From Actinomycetota bacterium (GTDB taxonomy: Bacteria > Actinomycetota > UBA4738 > HRBIN12), in the NCBI GenBank assembly GCA_035641735.1, contig DASQTT010000121.1, positions 1 to 28,555 on the forward strand: DNA of 28,555 nt, read 5' to 3'. Positions 25,136 through 28,555 of this stretch are shown one piece after another. Every line of letters begins with the position of its first letter. The first letter of the stretch is position 1. The position numbers and the translations under genes were made by a program. The notes beneath the pieces are model-generated. The model had not been told where the DNA came from, searched no databases, and saw only the letters and a program-made list of their open reading frames with translations.

Positions 25136-26346
25136 TGTCCGCGCGCTCGGTGTCGGTACGCGCGCCACGGGAGCGGCCGCCGTGGCTGGAGTCCCTCGTC
25201 GGCCAGGGGCTGGCGCTGGTGATCGCCTTCCTGATCGCGGTGGCGATCGGTTCGCTGATCGTCGTCCTCTACGGCGAGAACCCGCTGACGGTGTACGGCG
25301 CGATCCTGCGATTCGCCTTCCGGGACCCCACCAGCGTCGGTACGGTGCTCGCGATCGCGACGCCGCTCATCTTCTCCGCCCTCGCCGTGGCCGTCTGCTT
25401 CAAGGCGGGGCTCTTCAACATCGGGGTGGAGGGCCAGTTCCTCGTCGCGATGGTGACCGCCTCGTGGGCCGCGCTGGCGCTCGAGTTCCTCCCCGGCGTC
25501 ACGCACATGATGGCGGTGCTCCTCGCCGCGATCCTCGGCGGGATGGTCTATGCCGCGATCCCCGCGGTGCTGAAGGTCACCACCGGCGCGCATGAGGTCG
25601 TCACGACGATCATGCTGAACGGCGTCGCGCTCAGCATCGTCTCGTACGCCCTGAATGGTCCTCTGAAGTACCGGGACGCGCCTCCCGGACAGAACGTCGA
25701 CCTTCGGACCGACATCTTCGAGGAGAGCGCGCTGGTCCCGCAGATCGGTCATCTCTTCGACGTGGGCGACTCGGCCAACCTCTCGCTGCTCTTCCCGTTG
25801 GCGCTCGTCGCGGCGGTCCTGCTCTGGCTCCTGATCCGGAAGATGCGACTGGGCTACGAGGCGCGTGCGGTCGGATCGTCCGCGGGCTCCGCCCGCGCCG
25901 GCGGCATCGCCATCGGTTCCGTGCAGATCAAGCTCTTCCTGGTCTCCGGCGCGCTCGCGGGTCTCACCGGCATGCAGCAGGTCCTCGTGGAGCGCGCGGC
26001 ACTGGTGCAGAACTACGAGGCGCAGCTCGGGTTCACCGGCATCGCCGTGGCGTTCCTGGGGCAGAACAACCCGATCGGCATCGTCTTCGCCGCGGTCCTT
26101 TGGGCGATCCTCTCGCGCGGCGAGACCGCGCTGCAGATCGAGACCGAGGTCCCGCGCGAGTTCGTGATCATCCTGCAGAGCATCCTGATCCTCACGGTGG
26201 TCGTCGTGTACCAGATCGCGAAGCGGCGGCTCGCGCGCCGACAGCTCCAGCGGGCCGGGGCCGAAGAAGGGTCGGCGCAGGACGCGTCGACGCCGGGCGA
26301 CGTCGACCGGCCCGAGACGCCGGAGCGGATGTCGGAGGTGGATTGA
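25135..26346 (+). CDS. Nucleoside ABC transporter permease 1
   Basis: ATPLIFSALAV...AGLFNIGVEGQ, EVVTTIMLN, LGYEARAVG, GFTGIAVAFLG.NNP.G; multiple TM spans. Confidence 0.92.
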   Translation: MSARSVSVRAPRERPPWLESLVGQGLALVIAFLIAVAIGSLIVVLYGENPLTVYGAILRFAFRDPTSVGTVLAIATPLIFSALAVAVCFKAGLFNIGVEGQFLVAMVTASWAALALEFLPGVTHMMAVLLAAILGGMVYAAIPAVLKVTTGAHEVVTTIMLNGVALSIVSYALNGPLKYRDAPPGQNVDLRTDIFEESALVPQIGHLFDVGDSANLSLLFPLALVAAVLLWLLIRKMRLGYEARAVGSSAGSARAGGIAIGSVQIKLFLVSGALAGLTGMQQVLVERAALVQNYEAQLGFTGIAVAFLGQNNPIGIVFAAVLWAILSRGETALQIETEVPREFVIILQSILILTVVVVYQIAKRRLARRQLQRAGAEEGSAQDASTPGDVDRPETPERMSEVD

Positions 26347-27323
26347 TGGACCTCGCCGACGTCGGCGCGGCGATCCGGATCGCGTTCATCTACTTCACGA
26401 TCCTCTACCTCACGGGGCTCGGAGGGCTCTTCAGCGAGCGCTCCGGGATCGTGAACATCGGCCTCGAGGGGCTGATGGTGATCGGGACCGTCACCGGCGC
26501 CGCCGGGGCCGAGATCTTCGCCGGTGCGGCGCCCGAGGGCCTCGGGTGGGGCGTCGGCGGCGTCGTGCTCGGCCTGCTCTTCGGGGCGCTCTGCGGGGCG
26601 CTGTTCGCGGGCGTCCACGCCCTCGCCACGATCACGTTCCGCGTCGACCACATCGTCTCGGGGGTGGTGATCAACCTGGCGGCGATCGGCCTGGCGCGAT
26701 TCCTCTCCTTCGTGATCTTCGAGCAGGCGACGCAGTCGGATCCGGGCGGACCTCATCTCCCGCGGCTCGACATCCCGCTCCTGTCCGACATCCCGGAGGT
26801 GGGACGGGCCTTCACCAGCCTTTCGCCGGTCGTGCTGTTCGCCGCGTTCCTCGTCTTCCCCGTGTGGTTCGTGCTCTACCGGACGCGATGGGGGCTGCGG
26901 CTCCGCTCGGCGGGCGAGAACCCCGAGGCCACGCGGTCCCTCGGCGTGGGCGTGTCGGCGTTGCGCTGGCAGGGCGTGCTCCTCTCGGGCGCGCTCGCGG
27001 GACTGTCCGGCGCGTTCCTCTCGGTCGAGGTCGTGGGCAATTGGCGGGAGGGCCAGACGCTCGGGCTCGGCTTCATCGCGCTCGCCGCGCTGATCCTGTC
27101 GAACTGGAACCCGCGTCGCCTGATCTTCGCGACGTTCCTGTTCGGCTTCGCGCTGGCGATCCCGCTGCGGTTCCGGCACGCCCCGATCATCGAGGAGATC
27201 CCGCCGCAGCTGATCAGCGCGATCCCGTACATCGTCACGATCATCGCGATCGCGGGGTTCGTGGGGCGCGTCCGGCCGCCTGCGGCGGCCGGACGCGCCT
27301 ACGAGGGGGCCGGCGGGACCTAG
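26346..27323 (+). CDS. Nucleoside ABC transporter permease 2
   Basis: GGLFSERSGIVNIGLEG.M, GLRLRSAGENPEA, GFIALAALI..NWNP, IPYIVTI. Confidence 0.92.
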   Translation: MDLADVGAAIRIAFIYFTILYLTGLGGLFSERSGIVNIGLEGLMVIGTVTGAAGAEIFAGAAPEGLGWGVGGVVLGLLFGALCGALFAGVHALATITFRVDHIVSGVVINLAAIGLARFLSFVIFEQATQSDPGGPHLPRLDIPLLSDIPEVGRAFTSLSPVVLFAAFLVFPVWFVLYRTRWGLRLRSAGENPEATRSLGVGVSALRWQGVLLSGALAGLSGAFLSVEVVGNWREGQTLGLGFIALAALILSNWNPRRLIFATFLFGFALAIPLRFRHAPIIEEIPPQLISAIPYIVTIIAIAGFVGRVRPPAAAGRAYEGAGGT

Positions 27324-27946
27324 ACGTCGGTCCCGTGGAGCCGGTCCCCGAAGTCGCCGAGGCCCGGCAGGATGAAGCCCACGTCGTTCAGCCGGCGATC
27401 GAGCGCCCCGGCCACGATCGGCACCTCGGGGTGATCCGCCTCGAGCCTCGCCACGCCCTCCGGAGCGGCGACGACGCACACGAACGAGATCGACGTCGGG
27501 TTCGCGTGGGTCTTCACGTGCGTGATCGCCGCGGTCCCGGAGCCGCCGGTCGCGAGCATCGGGTCGAGCACGAGCGCCCGCCGGCCCTCCATCGGCGGGA
27601 GCTTGGCGTAGTAGTCGCGCGGCTCTAGGGTCTCCTCGTCGCGCTCGAGGCCGAGGTACCCGACGACGGTGTCGGGGTAGAGGTCCGTCGCGGCGTCCAG
27701 CAGGCCGAGCCCGGCGCGCAGGACCGGTATCGCCACGAGGGGTTCGGCGATCCGGAAACCCTTCGCCTCCTCGAGCGGCGTGTCGATCGTGACGCGCTCG
27801 GTCATCAGGTCGCGGGTGGCCTCGACCACGAGAAGCCAGCCAAGCCGGCGCGTCAGCGTGCGGAACTCGGCCGGCCCCGTGTCGCGCTGCCGCAGGCGAG
27901 ACAGGAGGTCCTCGGCGAGCGGGTGTTCCAGCACCGTCAGGGGCAC
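27320..27946 (-). CDS. upp: Uracil phosphoribosyltransferase
   Basis: PVLRAGLG, GLERDEETL, VLDPMLATGGS, GFILPGLGDFGDRL.GT. Confidence 0.96.
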   Translation of the reverse strand: MPLTVLEHPLAEDLLSRLRQRDTGPAEFRTLTRRLGWLLVVEATRDLMTERVTIDTPLEEAKGFRIAEPLVAIPVLRAGLGLLDAATDLYPDTVVGYLGLERDEETLEPRDYYAKLPPMEGRRALVLDPMLATGGSGTAAITHVKTHANPTSISFVCVVAAPEGVARLEADHPEVPIVAGALDRRLNDVGFILPGLGDFGDRLHGTDV

Positions 27947-27964
27947 CGCGGCATCCTAGCCCTG

Positions 27965-27994
27965 TTGACACGGCCGATGCCCCGCCGTCACGAT
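27965..27994 (+). promoter_or_regulatory. Housekeeping-type promoter for the aro leader
   Basis: TTGACA (27965-27970), 18-nt spacer, CACGAT (27989-27994); the leader ATG follows 8 nt later (leaderless geometry). Confidence 0.7.
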
Positions 27995-28002
27995 GGGCGC
28001 CG

Positions 28003-28056
28003 ATGCGGTGGTTCTCCGGCGACGGGTTCACCTACTTCGGGCGGCGTCCGGGGTAG
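28003..28056 (+). CDS. Aromatic-rich attenuator leader peptide MRWFSGDGFTYFGRRPG
   Basis: 17 codons with 1 Trp, 3 Phe and 1 Tyr, directly upstream of DAHP synthase; its 3' half overlaps alternative hairpins. Confidence 0.8.
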   Translation: MRWFSGDGFTYFGRRPG

Positions 28057-28116
28057 CCGCCTGCAGCCGAGCGAGCACAGGGGCCCCGGGCGCAAACACC
28101 CGGGGCGTTTCGCGTT
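28032..28116 (+). promoter_or_regulatory. Attenuator RNA: 1:2 pause, 2:3 antiterminator and 3:4 terminator helices
   Basis: 1:2 CTACTTCGGG (28032-41) / TCCGGGGTAG (28047-56). 2:3 CGTCCGGGG (28045-53) / CCCCGGGCG (28084-92). 3:4 GCCCCGGG (28083-90) / CCCGGGGC (28099-106), followed by GTTTCGCGTT. Confidence 0.75.
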
Positions 28117-28149
28117 CCGGGGTCAGAGGGGCGCCGGAGGAGGACGTCG

Positions 28150-28555
28150 ATGGTCGTCGTGATGAAAGCGGGCGCCACCGAGGCGGACATCGAGGCCGTC
28201 TCGGAGCGGGTGCGCGGCCTCGGCGGCGAGGCGTTCGTCTCCCGCGGCCAGGTCCACACCATCATCGGGCTCGTCGGCGACACCGACCGGTTCCAGGCGA
28301 TCGAGTGGAAGCAGATGCCCGGCGTCGACCACGTCATCCGGATCGGCAAGCCCTACAAGATGGTGGCGCGCGACCTCCATCCGGAGACGACCACGGTGAA
28401 GGTCGGGACGACGCCCGTCGGCCGGGACACGTTCACGCTGATCGCCGGCCCGTGCGCCCTGGAGGACGAGGAGCAGGCGATGGCGGCGGTCGAGGCGTCG
28501 CAGGCGGCCGGCGCGACGATCCTCCGAGGAGACGTCTACAAGCCGCGGACGTCTC
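28150..28555 (+). CDS. aroF: Type I-beta DAHP synthase with N-terminal regulatory domain (5' part only)
   Basis: MVVVMK.GAT..DIEAV...V...G.....SRG...TIIGLVGD, GVDHVIRIGKPYK, IAGPCA.E, KPRTS. GGAGGAGG SD. Confidence 0.9.
   Translation, partial: MVVVMKAGATEADIEAVSERVRGLGGEAFVSRGQVHTIIGLVGDTDRFQAIEWKQMPGVDHVIRIGKPYKMVARDLHPETTTVKVGTTPVGRDTFTLIAGPCALEDEEQAMAAVEASQAAGATILRGDVYKPRTS

Noticed and set aside
28003-28020. GGTGGTTCTCCG resembling a T-box antiterminator upstream of aroF
   Set aside because: It sits at the very start of the predicted transcript with no room for Stem I or a specifier loop. It is explained as the Arg-Trp-Phe-Ser codons of the leader peptide.
27923-28162. 79-aa track ORF spanning the aro leader
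   Set aside because: It starts inside upp on the opposite strand, upstream of the promoter, and has no recognisable features; the 17-aa ORF in another frame fits the regulatory layout.

Overview
A very GC-rich, gene-dense chromosomal window, most likely from an uncultured Actinomycetota lineage (inferred from a Pol-PE-Lig LigD, a DUF5319-like protein, an Rv1322-like protein, glnK-glnD and many leaderless-type starts). It carries about 28 housekeeping and stress genes. These include a type II NADH dehydrogenase, a CBS protein, an amidohydrolase, a MarR/ankyrin pair, a C45 peptidase, rmuC, cspA, an orphan histidine kinase and a PIG-L deacetylase. Further on are the NHEJ genes ligD and ku split by an HD-GYP gene, glnK-glnD without amtB, DUF72, small zinc-finger proteins, lipid-handling genes, a BMP-type nucleoside ABC operon, upp and the start of a type I-beta DAHP synthase. 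I saw no rRNA, tRNA, CRISPR array, transposase or integrase. The best signals lie outside the ORF track. (1) A 17-codon Trp/Phe/Tyr leader peptide (MRWFSGDGFTYFGRRPG) with complete 1:2, 2:3 and 3:4 helices sits upstream of DAHP synthase, a candidate attenuator sensing all three aromatic amino acids. (2) A ~55-75 nt palindromic repeat occurs in four copies; three are read in the same frame inside proteins, and one appears to supply the glnD start codon. (3) The cspA leader can sequester its own Shine-Dalgarno sequence, and rmuC has a PafBC-type promoter. All calls are by eye from motifs, with no database searches.
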